Source of the DNA: Cycas panzhihuaensis | Taxonomy: Eukaryota > Plantae > Cycadophyta | Direction: 5' to 3' | NCBI GenBank assembly: GCA_023213395.1 | Contig: CM041465.1 | Span: forward strand, 218,247,741 to 218,311,740 | DNA: 64,000 nt | Part shown: positions 40,534-53,878 of the stretch, in pieces | How the letters are laid out: each line of letters begins with the position of its first letter | Numbering within the stretch: the stretch's first letter is position 1 | Made by a program: the position numbers and the translations under genes | Notes under the pieces: model-generated | Databases searched by the model: none | What the model saw: only the letters and a program-made list of their open reading frames with translations | Told to the model about the DNA's origin: nothing

Positions 40534-43500
40534 TATTAAAATATGTGACCATACCATCTAATGTAAAGTGGGTCTTACTATTTTTAGGCCTAATTATGTG
40601 GAGGTATATTCTTAAGTGTAGTGAAACAGTGGATGTAATTGTAACCATATTTGGCACTTTAGATCTATAAATATAGATCAAAGTCTAACTTTGTTAAATA
40701 TCATTTTGTCATAACGTGAAATATTATTCATTTGTGGGTTTTCACCCGTAAGGGTTTCCCACAATAATATAGTATCCTATGTATCTATTCGTGCTTGTTA
40801 TCTGCTTGATGTGAAAGATCCAGTTGACCTTATTTTCTTCAATTGTGTTTTCTAACATGGTATCAGAGCATGTAGGTCATGCACAGGCAGATGAAAGTTA
40901 TCAAAGGTCCAATCGATGGTGCCAGGGCATGTTGGCTTACCCTTAGCAGATTGGAATGCCCAATGACCTTGTAGAATAGCCACAGAGTGCAGATGATCAT
41001 TGGTAGATCTGCATATGTCTTCTATTCTTATTTACAAGTATTCTGAATTATATGGAGGCGTGTGGATGAGTTTTGACTCTGTTACCAACCATGAGAGTGT
41101 TGTTTGAGCTTGTTGAAGGTGTTGAATCCTCGTTTGTTGATGCCACTGAGTTTGGATACCCTAGAGTTGATTGCCAACCCCCTATTGCTAATGGGAGAGT
41201 GCAAAAACCCAGCGAGATAGTTACAGAGCCATAAAGTCATATTACAGTCAATATTTAAGGTATGCTTAATATATTTATTACCAAGTTGATTTTAAGATTT
41301 GAATAAATATATTTGGTTGTTAGTGATAAATATAAGGTGTTAAGAGGCGTGGTTGTATAATATGGATCCCCTTTGGTGTATTTATATTACTGTCATTTCT
41401 ACCATGCCTGCATGATTAATATTTTTTATTGCTGGTATATTTTATCACCCTTGCATGGCGATATATTTATACCACCCACGCATTAATATATATGCGGTTG
41501 TTTATTTGGTTCATTGCTCATTTTTTGACAAATATATGTCATTCATGCATATTATACGTTATCTACACGTTAATATATTTGTTGGTTTGCATAAATCTAC
41601 GAATTGTGTGTATTATATAATTATCCATACGCAAATTTGCATAGTTGCCAATTGATCATGCATGAGTGATAGTTGCAATTACCTAGTTATATATAGAGAC
41701 TGTAGCCACCATTTTGATGAGCCTTTGATTGTATTTTCAGCTGCCAGTTGATATATTTATATGCAAATTTATGTCTATGTACTATACCCTACCATGAGTT
41801 AATGAGTTAATGTCGTCACTGTTGTATTATAGCCGTGATTATCATCTGTATAATACAGTCACCCAAAGAGTGATGTTATTATCATAGTTTGCATGAGATT
41901 CTAGTTGTATAGTCATGATGTCTTATGTGTGTCATACTCATACAGGAAGTTTGCCAGTGACGGTTGCGTCATGAAGTCACTGGTTGGTTAAGTAAAGTCG
42001 CTCGCGTGATACTTCATTTACCCCTGAATATAATCATAGTTTGTCTGTGATATTTTATAGTCATTGTTGGATTTTGTTCACCCTTCATAAATATTTATAG
42101 GTCATGCCATGATATATCAATATATTTTGATATATGTTAAAGTCACGTGGTCATTTATAAAAACTGCCTTTTTCTATATCTTTTATAAAATTTGATTTTA
42201 TATTGATATTAATAAAAGGTGCACCTTTGCTTATCTGATTTTATGCTAATTTTTTATATCAATTTATAATAAACCAAAGGTTATAAGATATCCTTTTTAT
42301 CCTTGTATCTCATTGAAAGTTTGATAAAGGTATTCTAAAGTGACCTTTATCTTATTATTGAATAGTCAAACAAGTTTATTAATTCATGATTTTTAAGTGA
42401 TTATTCTTGAGATTATTTAAGGCTTGCATATGAATTGATATCAGTCAGTATTGGGTAATCAAACTAAGAATTATTAGCATGCATGAGACTTTAATGGCAC
42501 TAGGTGAGATGATCTCTTACATAAGTCTGCATGAGAGATTTGTTGAGGTGTTTAAATGTTCTTCATATGTGAGTGCATAAGAGAGGATTGTTAAGCGAAG
42601 TTTATGGAGATTTTGTGGCAATGATGAGGTACTTGTTGCATGTGATTACATGATAAGTTTTAGGCATATGTTGTGCTATTTTAAATGTGAGAGTTTAATG
42701 GGTAGGTTGAGAGCAGGTTTTAAGGGCAGTAGAAGGGTGTGTTTGGGCAAGTATGAGGGCAAGCTTAGGCGAAGAAGGGCAAGAGCATGAGATACCTTCA
42801 TTTGTAACTTAATGTAAACTTTGTTATTGTTTAAGTGCGGCATAGATCATTGTATAAAGTTCAGATTAATATGATTATTCAATGAAATATATGTGGTTTA
42901 TTCAATGATAAGAGTGTGGTTTATTCATGATTACATTCGAGTTCTATTGCATCAGATGTGTATGAGGTGATAAAGTTTAGAATTTTCTTGTATAAATGGT
43001 TATTGGACTAATGATAGCATGAGGTTTATGGCCTGTTTTGATGTTGGCTCAACATGAGTTCATATCTGAATAAGTCTAATATGGAACTAAGATAGTGTTT
43101 GATAAATTTAAGTGTGAATAGAAAGGTCTAAGATGAGATGCCTTAAAATCAGTTATGCCTTTGTCATGATATGTATAGTTGGCCTATTAGGTTTCATTGC
43201 AGGAGAATATCATGATGTAGATGGTGACGTTTGGTGCATGTTTGGGTTTGCCTCCCATGTTTTGTTAGTAGAAACTATAGTGGATAGGTACGGGTACCCC
43301 TATCATGACAGTTCATGGTATATATTCCCCTCATGTGTTGTGTTTAGACCATATTAGAAGCCTTCCATTTATTTCCATTGGCACATTGGAGTGCACACAT
43401 CTTAGACAAAGATTGTAGTAGTAGGATTGCAAGAGTTTGAAGCATATTAGTTGTTCAACTTACAAACAGTGTGATATATAGGGGAAATGCATTATGATTA

Positions 43501-44634
43501 GTCTAGATGTTAAGTTAATGAGTTTATGACATATCATGATGAGTGTCATTTGGTTATAGGTTTTATCCTTCATTACTTCACTTTTCTGAGTTGTTATTAG
43601 GCAAGTGTAGAGGTTTGTTTACCTAACATTGTACTTGAGACAGATCCAGGACCTAGTGACAGATTGATGATGAGAAGTTATTAGATGATGAGATATGGAT
43701 TGCAACCCCATGTTCCATTGATAGTCAAAGACCTACAAGATGATGGAAGATCATGGATTAGCATGCCAGTCAAAGCGTAATATAGATACCAATGTTCCAA
43801 TAAATACAGATTCACAATGGAGAGCTACATTGAAGCAAAGAACCTTATTGGTTTGCAAGTTTGAAGACTTATTACACAGGTGATGTCTAGTAGAAGAAGG
43901 ATTAAGATATGATGAGACATTTTGCACCAGTATATATGTTGTTTTGGCCTATTTGATTCTTACTTCAACAGCTTCAGATAGTTGGGTATCATATCATACC
44001 ATATCAGTGTTCCTTAATGAAGACTTGAAGAGGCGATTCACATGGTTTAAGTGGCTTAACCTCTTGGTTTAGTCAAAGGAATATCACTGAGTCAAATGGA
44101 AAAAGTATCAGGTGCAAAGAAAGCTATATGGTTGTAGGTCTATTGGAATATTTCCAAAGAATTGAGCACATACGAGGCATGGCACCATTACATCTGACTA
44201 ATAATCACTACATCAAAGTTCATGCATATTGGGTTGGGTAAGGTTATCCTTGGGAGGGGATTTATTCCCATTGATAATACTTGTTGCCCCACATTTACAT
44301 TAAGAGGGGATGTTAAAATATGTGACCATACCACCTAATGTAAAATGGGCCTCCCTACTCTTATGCCTAATTATGTGGAGGTATATTCTCAAGTGTAGTG
44401 AAATGATGGATGTAATTGTAACCATATTTGGCACTTTAGATCTATAAATATAGATCAAAGTCCAACTTTATTAAATATCATTTTTTCATAATGTGAAATA
44501 TTATTCATTTGTGGGTTTTCACCTATAAGGGTTTCCCATGGAAATATGGTATCTCATATATCTATTCTTGCTTGTTATCTATCTGATGTGAAAGATCCTA
44601 TCGACCTTGTTTACTTCAGTTGCATTTTCTAACA
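40534..44634 (+). mobile_element. Internally deleted, non-autonomous copia element G, nested in F's leader
   Basis: 324-bp LTRs 40534-40857 and 44311-44634; PBS tggtatcagagc 40858-40869; PPT aagagggga 44302-44310; TSD TATTT/TATCC. Only scraps of RT (DET-FAPV, FLNEDL at ~43900-44130). Confidence 0.9.
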
Positions 44635-45259
44635 TATCCTTTCACGCTTATATTTTCTAGGAGCTTTCTTCAACCATTTTTCTATTAAATTTTTTCAAGG
44701 GAAAATGAATCTTTATCTAAGCAACTCTTTCTCCTTTCAACAAAGGGCTCATCATAATCTTTGATTCCATGCCTTTCAGAAACATCATCGGCATGAAACT
44801 CATTTGCTTTAGCTTTCTTATCCTCTAATTCCTTCTTGACTTGGTTCATACATATGTTAGCTTCAACTTTCCTTGTATTCACCTATGTTAGAATTTTTAC
44901 CTTCTCTATGTTGAACCTATTTTCAATTTTAGTAGTATTAGACTCAAACCAAGCTATAGCCTTGGCTTCTCTCTTTTTTGTTTCTTTACCTTTTCAACGT
45001 CCTCCTTCTGACCAATAGGAGAGGTGATTGAATCAAGAGATATTATTGTGTTATTGATCATAGGTAAATATAGGTTCATTTCCATATGCATCTGGTAATG
45101 ATAAGGGCTAGAACCTATAATACCATTGATTTTTAGAATGATTTGGTTAGTGTGACAGGTCTATTGTCATCACTCAGTGTAGTGGATGGCCTAAGTGACA
45201 TTATCTATTGGTTCATTGATGATCATTGTTGACATAGCCAAGAACGATTACCTCACCAT
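44635..45259 (-). pseudogene. Remorin-like gene remnant (Remorin_C coiled coil, most like group 4), antisense in F's leader; probable last codons at 40496-40533 beyond element G
   Basis: VEKVKK/REAKAIAWFESNTTKIENRFNIEKVKILT*VNTRKVEANICMNQVKKELEDKKAKANEFHADDVSERH aligns in register with the remorin consensus VKKEEVESKISAWQNAKIAKINNRFKREDAVINGWENEQVQKATSWMKKVERKLEEKRAKAMEKMQNDVAKAH. The stop at 44883-44885 is at the conserved W (TGG>TAG). Start at 45259 is tentative. Confidence 0.8.
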
Positions 45260-46329
45260 GATTATTTGCAATATAGATAGAGATTTACCACTAAATATTT
45301 AGGGTAATGTTTATCTTATGCATATATATTTTTTGTATTATAATAGATTTGAATAATTTATACAAAGTAGAATAATCTTTTCACAAATGTAAAAGATTTT
45401 ATTTTTGTTAAATCCTTTTTGAGGTCTGTAGCTCCCTATCCCTTAGCCCCCAGTCATATTGAGCCCCTCATATGATCTCCTATTTAGTGTGAAAAGCCCC
45501 CTCCCCTGCCTTAAGGAGTCACTTATGATTTTTTCATGATATCTTAAGCATTTGAAGTCCAAATATAGAATTGGAATAGGTTAAAGTCTTAACTCAATGA
45601 TCTTCAATTTGACTAGTCATTTGAGCCATTTTGAAGTTATTTTAAGGGTGCAATTTCATTCCAAAGTCAATGTAGTGGATTGCATATAAGGTAAGTTCAA
45701 GTATGTGATTTTAATTATCAAATTTCTTTATATTTTCTTAGCAATAATAATTTATTTTAACATTTTGATGATTAAACATTAAATTTATGAATTAATTGAA
45801 TTAAAATACCCCATATTTTTAACAAATACATTTAATTATTTAGCATTAATATGATTGTTACTGATATGAATTTATATGCTAAACAATCATAGATATTATG
45901 GTATGTTTTTATGAATTTAATTTATGTTTTTAACATTTATTTTTATAAATATACTTCTGAAAATGAATAATCATAAATGTGTTTAAAAGGATTACCCTCC
46001 CTCCCCCTATCTCTTTTTTATTCAAAATTATATACTTTTAGTTTGTTTACAAACATCATTATATAATTACATTATTATTATTAATTTAATCTTTCAATAC
46101 CTAATTTAAAGATGAAATTATTATAATAATAATTATATTTTATATTTAATATTTATGGTTTGATAAAACATCATATTAATTTGAAAGTTCTTATGATTAT
46201 ATACCTTCTTTTTTATTTTAATTAAAAAGATCTTTGGTATATTTTAGGTTATCTTTATTTTATATACACATATATTTCTTTTCCCAAATGGCTTTTATGC
46301 TTGGGATGACCTCCTCAACTAAAATTCTA

Positions 46330-49300
46330 GTTTTAAATTACTCAAACTATGCTCACTGAAAGAAAAGTATCTAACTAGCTTAAGCAACAAAAGCTATGGT
46401 AATGCATAATAGGGGAATTTTAAAAACCTATAGATATGTTATCATATGCTTATATGGTTTATCTAATGAACTATGATAGAGACCTAGGCACCATCTTAAC
46501 TCTCTCTCTCTCTCTCTCGATATTCATAGGTAGTTCACTAATTCAATTAAACTTGTCATTGTCTAGGTAAAATTAAAATATATATATAATAAGGTTGATA
46601 CCATATAAGTTAATATGCTATAGTAAAAAATATATGACTTAAAGTGTGAAGATTTTTCTAGGGTTGAGGAATTTTTATCTAATCTTCAAATCATAAATAT
46701 AGATTTAGATAATTATACCAAAATAATAAGAAAAGATGATGAAACCATAATTGTATCTCATGTGAAAGACAATGATATGCTTATTCATCTTACTATTAAT
46801 AAACTTCAAAAATATTTTAATTAATATAAAACTACTAGATAAAGGTCATATTACTATTTCTTTCAATCAAGTTATAAATCAACTGGTTGAATACAAGTCT
46901 ATGCTTATTTAAATCAAAGAAATTAAAGATCCTTCTCAAGCTCTTTTCTCCAACACCAAACCATATAATAAATCTAAAAATCAAAATCATCATCAAAACA
47001 ATCACAACAATAATTTCAAACCTTAGAAATCATATAAAGATTTTCCTTCAAATTACAACAATAATAAAAATTCTGAATATCTAGGAATGTTTAAAAATTG
47101 AAATACATACTCAACACTAAAATAAATATATCAAATAAAAAAATATTCATATACCACATTATAATCAAAATATTATTTGCATCTATTATCATAAAAAAGG
47201 ACACACTATAGATGCATGTATAAATAGCTTAGCTTCTGAAGCTAGGAAAGCTTCAAAAGAGATACAATCAAGATCCCATAATTATCTAACTATTTTTACC
47301 TCTACTTTTATAACACCCACCTCATTACAACCTTCTTGTGTACTTGATTTTGGTGCTTCCCATCATATAACAAGACATCAAGAGTATCTTTCTACTTATC
47401 ACCTAGGTATACATTTCAAAGAGGAAATCTCTTTTGGTAGTGGTTTCTAACTTAAAGTTGAAGAAACAAGTGATGTTATTCTAAAAAATAGTTGTATTAA
47501 TGATGTGTCTTATATTCATAATTTGTTATCCAACTTGACAGTCTATTAAATATGCTAAAAAACCTTTATGATTAAATTGTATAAAGATAAGTTTATTATA
47601 AAATAACCCTTCAATAAGTTTAAACCAATTACTTTTAGACCTATTGATCACAAGATAGTCTTTATAATTTAATTAACTTAACACATTTAGCAAAATCTAG
47701 ATCATTTACTTCCTTCATTACTCAATCTAATTCTATTAGTCATTTATGGATTGCACATTTTGGCCATACAATCTTTGGCAAAGTATATTTTCTAACTCAA
47801 TATGACATGGTTCTTAGCCTTCCTTCCTTATCTATAGTTTATGGTATTTGTGAAGCATATGTTTCAGTTCCTCACTAAACTAAGTTTTGAGTTAAATCTC
47901 CACTTGAACTTTTTACTTTGATATATACAATCATTTTTAGGTATTTTCATATTCTTTTTTTTTTAATAAGGTAAAATAATATTAGAAGGGGTTTTGCCTA
48001 GGTCCCCAAACCTTATATAACCTAGCCCATCAGCTTAAGAGAAGTGGCCATGATAGGCCCATGGTCTAGCCCAGATTAAAGAAGATTCCTCTCAACCTCC
48101 CATGTCTGCCTGCCCAATGTGTGCATCAATCCTTACCAGACTCAGCAGCTCATCTGGAAAGTCCTCCTTCCATATCTTGGTTCTTTAATTTGAGACAGCC
48201 TAATTTGCCAGCCAATCTGTCGCTGCATTCCCTTCCCTATAGGTATGCTAGATCTGAGCTCCCTCTTTGGTTCTTAGGACATCTTGCGCATCTCTAATGA
48301 TATCTATGTTGTTCCACCCTGGCTCTACTTCCCCCCTTAAACATCTAATCACGTACATGGAGTCACCTTCTATAATCACCTTTTGTACCTCCTCCTTGTC
48401 CAACAAAACTACCGCCCTTTGCATAGCCCGTACCTCTGCTCTTTGGTTCGAATGGATGCCAAGATATTCCACGAAAGCCCACTTTAGATCACCCTCATTA
48501 TTCCTGCTGAGACCACCCCCTTCCGCCTCTCTGGGGTTGCCTTTAGCAGCACCGTCAAAATTAATTTTTTCCCAGGTTTCTTCTGGAGGGATCCATTTAA
48601 TTGCTCTCCTCTTCTCATTATCCCCCTTTAGAAAACCTATACCCCAGTCCTTAAGAAGCCTTTCTTCCCTTTTGGGGATCTTATCCTCCTTAAGGGGGGT
48701 CATCATCTCTAGAATACTTTTCCTAATCTTAGTGACCAGAGTAGTACTGTCTGACTCTCTACCTTCAAAAATTCTCCTATTGCATTCCTTCCAAATAATC
48801 CAAGTGCCTACTGGAAGGATCATCTTCTGGAATTTACTGAGCAATTTGCTCTTAAAAGGAGAATCCCATGCTATCTACTGGTCTTTCAAAAAATTAGAAG
48901 AGACCCAAGCTAAACCTAGCCTAGACCAGATACCATCCCAGATACCCTTGGAATACGGGCAGTGGATCCCAAGGTGGTCCAGGGTCTCATCATCCACCTT
49001 GCATAATACGCACCTGTTGACCATCTGAAAGCCCTGTTTCATGAGGTTATCCATTGTTAAGATTTTGTTTTGAAGGCATAACCACCAGAAAGCAGCAATC
49101 TTTGGAAGCACCTCCAACTTCTAAACCACGGCAAGCATGTCATTCCTGGCCTATCCTTCTCTGATCATAATCAAATTGTAGTCATCTTTAACTGTGTATG
49201 AGCCTAAAGGCGATTGAGACCATACCAATGAGTCAGACGAGGACCGCTTCGGAATAGGTATTTTCATATTCTGGTAGCAAATATTTTATGATTTTTATTA

Positions 49301-51720
49301 ATATTTTTTCAAGAAAATACTAGGTGTATATGTTGAATAATTACATTGAAGTTTTAATATCTTTATTTAGTTTAAAACCTTAGTTGAAAACCAATCTGAC
49401 CTTTAAATTAAAATTTTTAAATGTGATAATACTAAAGAATATTTGAGTAATGAGTTTATATTTTTTTTATAAAAAGAATGAAATTGTATTATAATACTCA
49501 GTCATTTATATTCATCAAAAAAATAATGTTGTGGAATACAAAAATTATATACTAGTTAAAATGATTAGATGCATGCTTCATGTAAAAAACCTTGACTTAA
49601 AATTATAAGCAGAAGCTATAACTTGTTCTATTTATCTTTTAAATAGATTACCCCTAAAACTTTGAATAATATTATACTAGAACAAAAATGGTTTAGCCAT
49701 AAGTATTTAGTTAAACACCTAAAAGTCATTAGTAGCATTACTTAGGCATATGTTACCAAAGAAAAATAATAAAAACTTGATGCAAAGAGCTCAAAGTTTA
49801 TCTTTATTAGTTATAGTGAAGAAATCAAAGCTTACTATTTATTAGATCTAATGATGCATACTATTTCAATCAAATGTGATGACAAATTTGATGAAGAAGG
49901 GTTTTCATCCAACACAAATTCTAATCAAGTACCTCTTCTTGTTGATGGATTTTTAACTAATAGCACTTTATCTAATTTCTTAGAAAAATAAGTTTATAAT
50001 GAAATTCTAGAAAGTTTAGCAATATAAGTCCAAAACTAGACTTTAACTAACATAAGTGAATCTGAAATACCATCTTCTTCTGCTTAGCCCTAAAGTAGTA
50101 GATAACCTAAATGGGTTTAGAAAATCCTTTTAGTTATTGGTGCTTATACGGGTAATCCATTAGATACCAAAAAAAAAGATCTCAAAAGCTACAAGTTAAC
50201 TTTGCTTTAATAGCTAAAATTATGTCTAATATTGATCACACCACTTTTCAATAAGCTCATAAAAATTCAATACAGAAATAATCCATGCTGACCGAATGTG
50301 ACTCTTTTTAAAAATTCCATATGGAAATTAGTTCATTTACTTTTAGAGAAGAATTTAGTTGATTGTAAATAGAACTACCATATAAAGTATAACTCTAAAG
50401 GTGTTATTGAAGAGCACAAAGCTCCCTTGGTCAAAAAAATTTTTTGTAAATAGATGAAATTGATTACACTAAAACCTTTGTTCTAGTCCCTAAAATGAAT
50501 ACTATTAAAACTATTATTTCCCTTACATCCATGTTTAGTTGGTAAATTCATTAAATGGATGTCCAAAGTGATTTTTTTAATAGTGATCTTGAAAAAGAAA
50601 TTTATATGTTTCAACCCCTAAGTTTTATAACCATTTATAATCTTATTTATAGACTTAAAAGGTCCTTATATGATCTTAAACAACCCCCTTAGGCTTAGTA
50701 TACCAAAATAGATAATTGCCTTAATAAAAATAGCTATGCTAAATGTGTTAGTAATCTTAATCTTTATTTTAAATGAGAAAGTAATAACATCACTCTTCTA
50801 ATTTTATATGTTAATGGTATTGTCATCATAGGATCCTTACCTTCTACTATTTTTTAGTTAAAATCTATTATTATAAAATAGTTTGAAATTATTGACTTAG
50901 GTTTTCTCTATTATTTTCTATGCCTACAAGTCTACCAGTCTAATTTGATAATCTTTATATCACAACCAAAATATATACTTGATCTAATTAAAAGGTTCAA
51001 TATAGAAAATTATAAACCAACTCCTACTCCATTATAATTAAGAGTTAAATTGTTAGTTACTTGTCAAACACATCTTTGTGATCTAACCTTGTATCATCAA
51101 TTAATTGGTAGTCTCATCTATATAACCCATACATATCTAGATAATTTTTATGATATTGCTCTATGTTCTAAGTGTATGCAACAACCAAATAAATCATATT
51201 AGAAAGTAGCCAAATATATCTTATGATATCTTCAAGGTACTATTCACTGTGGTCTAACTTATAAATATTTTAATTATGATCTTTAATTAACATGTTATAC
51301 TAATTTTGACTAACTAGATAAGCCTGATGACTAAAAATCAATTACTAGGTATGTTTTCTTTCTTGATTCCTCACCTATCACATAGGTAAGTAAAAGGATG
51401 TAATATCTTACTTTATCTTCAACTAAAGTAGAATAGTATATATTAGTAGAAGCTAGTAAATAATCTTTGTGAATAAAATTGGTTTACTTTTTGCATCTTT
51501 TATTTAAATAAAAATAGATAATCAAGAAGCTATTACAATTTCTACTAACCTTTTAGCTCATTCTTGAACCAAACATGTTGAATTACATCAATATTTTATT
51601 TGAAACCTTATTAATGATAATATTGTTAATCTCTCTTATTATCCTATAGACTTACAGGTTGTAGATATACTAACAAAGCCACTTACTAAAGTAAAGTTAC
51701 TCAAGTTACTAAAGCTTGAT
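46330..51720 (+). pseudogene. gag-pol: Degenerate copia gag-pol of F, interrupted by LINE H
   Basis: CIYYHKKGHTIDAC knuckle (~47180), YLDFGASHHI (PR, ~47340), FKCDN (INT, ~49420), MDVQSDFFNSDL (RT, ~50560), TKHVELHQYF / DILTKPL (RH, ~51570-51690). Confidence 0.85.
47956..49254 (-). mobile_element. 5'-truncated L1-clade LINE H (zf-RVT and RNase H end of ORF2)
   Basis: Poly-A tail read as T run 47955-47964; perfect 18-bp TSD TAGGTATTTTCATATTCT at 47938-47955 and 49255-49272. PKIAAFWWLCLQNKILTMDNL...RCVLCK..ETLDHL.IHCPYS and WIPP..KINFDGAAKGNP...IEGDS motifs. Confidence 0.95.
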
Positions 51721-53878
51721 GATGTCTTTATCAAAGGGGGATTGATGTGTTAAAGTATTTATCATTCTTCTCCTTCTATTTATATTGAAGATAACATTAA
51801 AGGAGGATGTTAGGATTAATATTATCTCATTATAGAAAGCTATAATATTATCTTGTAATGTATTCTTAGTTTAAATAGTTATTATTATTATTAAAAGTCC
51901 ATTAAATGGGCCATTATCCATTTCAACGTACATGTACTTATCTCTTGCATTATGTAAAAGAGAGAGGGATTGATGATCCTAAAAGGCTAATATAATATAT
52001 ACTATGATAATATAATTATACTATTATGAGGTGGCTTTTCTTCCCCCAAAGAGGTTTTCCACTTGTTTACATGTCTTCTTTGGTTAATTGATTATGCTTT
52101 GAGATATTGCATTTATTCACTCTCTCCAATAAGAATCAAGGCCAAAGTCTTATTGAATACTGCTATTTAGACATTAGCTTGGGGATAATATAATGACAAA
52201 GCCTTATGCCTAACATAAAATTTATTATAAAGCTCATTGATTTTCTTATTAGAGAATGAGGTTCCATTTTTATAATAAAGATGTTTAGGATTCTAAATCA
52301 AAAAATAATATATTAAATAATAAAGGTTATGATTATTTTTCTAATGGTTGATGATAAATAGATTACCTCTTCCTATTTGGAAAAGTACTTAGTGGTATTT
52401 AGAATGAACTTATACTACAATGAAGATGGAGGTTTAGTTTCCCCAATTAAATCTAAACCCCATTAAGAGAAAGGCCATGGAAATATGATTGCATAAAAGG
52501 CTTTGGAGAGCCTATGAATGATGTTCATATGTATTTGGCACTTCTCACATGTTTGAATATATGTATGGGTATCCTTAAAAAGAGTAACTTAGAAATACCC
52601 CTTATGAAGTATTTATTAGGCCATGGATTTCCCTCTAAAGTACCCCTATATATTCCATCATGACATACATAAAGGATAACTTGGATTTTATTAGGATTAA
52701 GGCATCATAGAATGGCCCTTTTGAAGGATCTCTTATATAACATGTCATTAACCAAGAAGTATTAAAAAGAAGTAGCCCTAACATGTTATTTATTCTTAGG
52801 ATATGCATCATTAAGATAAACTTAGAGGGTCAAATATCAAATGATGTCTCCATACCATTTATCTTCAATAGTGTTCAAAGCTAAGATAGGCTTATCTAGA
52901 AGTGAATCATTAACTGATAGATTATTCATATTAGGGAGGGTGTATGGGTTAGATACTCAATGAAAATCATCCTTCTTTTAGACTTTTAGTTGATTATTTA
53001 GAGCTCACACTCTTACAATAGAATTGTCTGTTTACTTTCTCATCCTATTAGGTTAAATTTAATAAAGAGGAAATATAAAAAATCTAATTAGATGATCATC
53101 TAAGTGGTGTTTCTAAGCAAGTAATGGTTGAGTTACTTAGCATAAAAAATGAGGGCCAAGCACTCTTTTTTTTTCCACATATAGTTGAGTTTAGCTACTA
53201 CTGGGATGTGACTAATGAAGTATATTGTATATTCAACAAACATATCATCTTCTTAGGCTAGCATATAACCAAGGGATACCTCTATAGAATATATATATAA
53301 AAATAATGGCTTATCAAAATGTGAGGTAACTAAGGTAGGGGCTAAAATAAGCCCATATTTAAGCTCATTAAAGGATGTTTGACTGGGTGGTTCCCAAACA
53401 AAAGGGATCCCTTGATGTGATATTTATAACATCTTAGGAAGATCTTTCTAATATCAACTAGGTGGTTAGTTCACTTATAGGAAACTCATAAGATGTCATC
53501 CATATAGACTTAAATAATCTTGTTAATAAGGTAATGAAAAATAAATTACATGGTGCATTGATAAGTAGTACTAGTATTTTCAAGTCTAAGGGGCATTACC
53601 CTATAGGAAAATATACCCTATGATGTTATAAAGGTAATCTTGTGGTAATCCTCAAGGGAAAATTGAATCTAGTTATGCCTTAAGAAACTATCCATTAATG
53701 ACATAATATTAAACCCTATTATTTAGACAATAATTTGATTAATAAAAGGCAAAGAAAATATGTCTTTTGGGTAAGGATTATTGATATCATGGAAGCCAAT
53801 ACAAATGCAAACTACCTAACTTAGATAATTAATTAATTCAGTTAAACTACTACTATATGATTTTTCACCCTCCAACTT

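Larger units (their letters stand above)
40078..52131 (+). mobile_element. Ty1/copia element F (12 kb including nested G and LINE H)
   Basis: LTRs 40078-40417 and 51808-52131; TSD AGAAT at 40073-40077 and 52132-52136; PBS tggtattagagtcaggttt 40418-40436; PPT aaaggagga 51799-51807. Confidence 0.93.

Noticed and set aside
48267-49028. 253-aa plus-strand ORF
   Set aside because: Antisense shadow of LINE H ORF2; no independent motifs.
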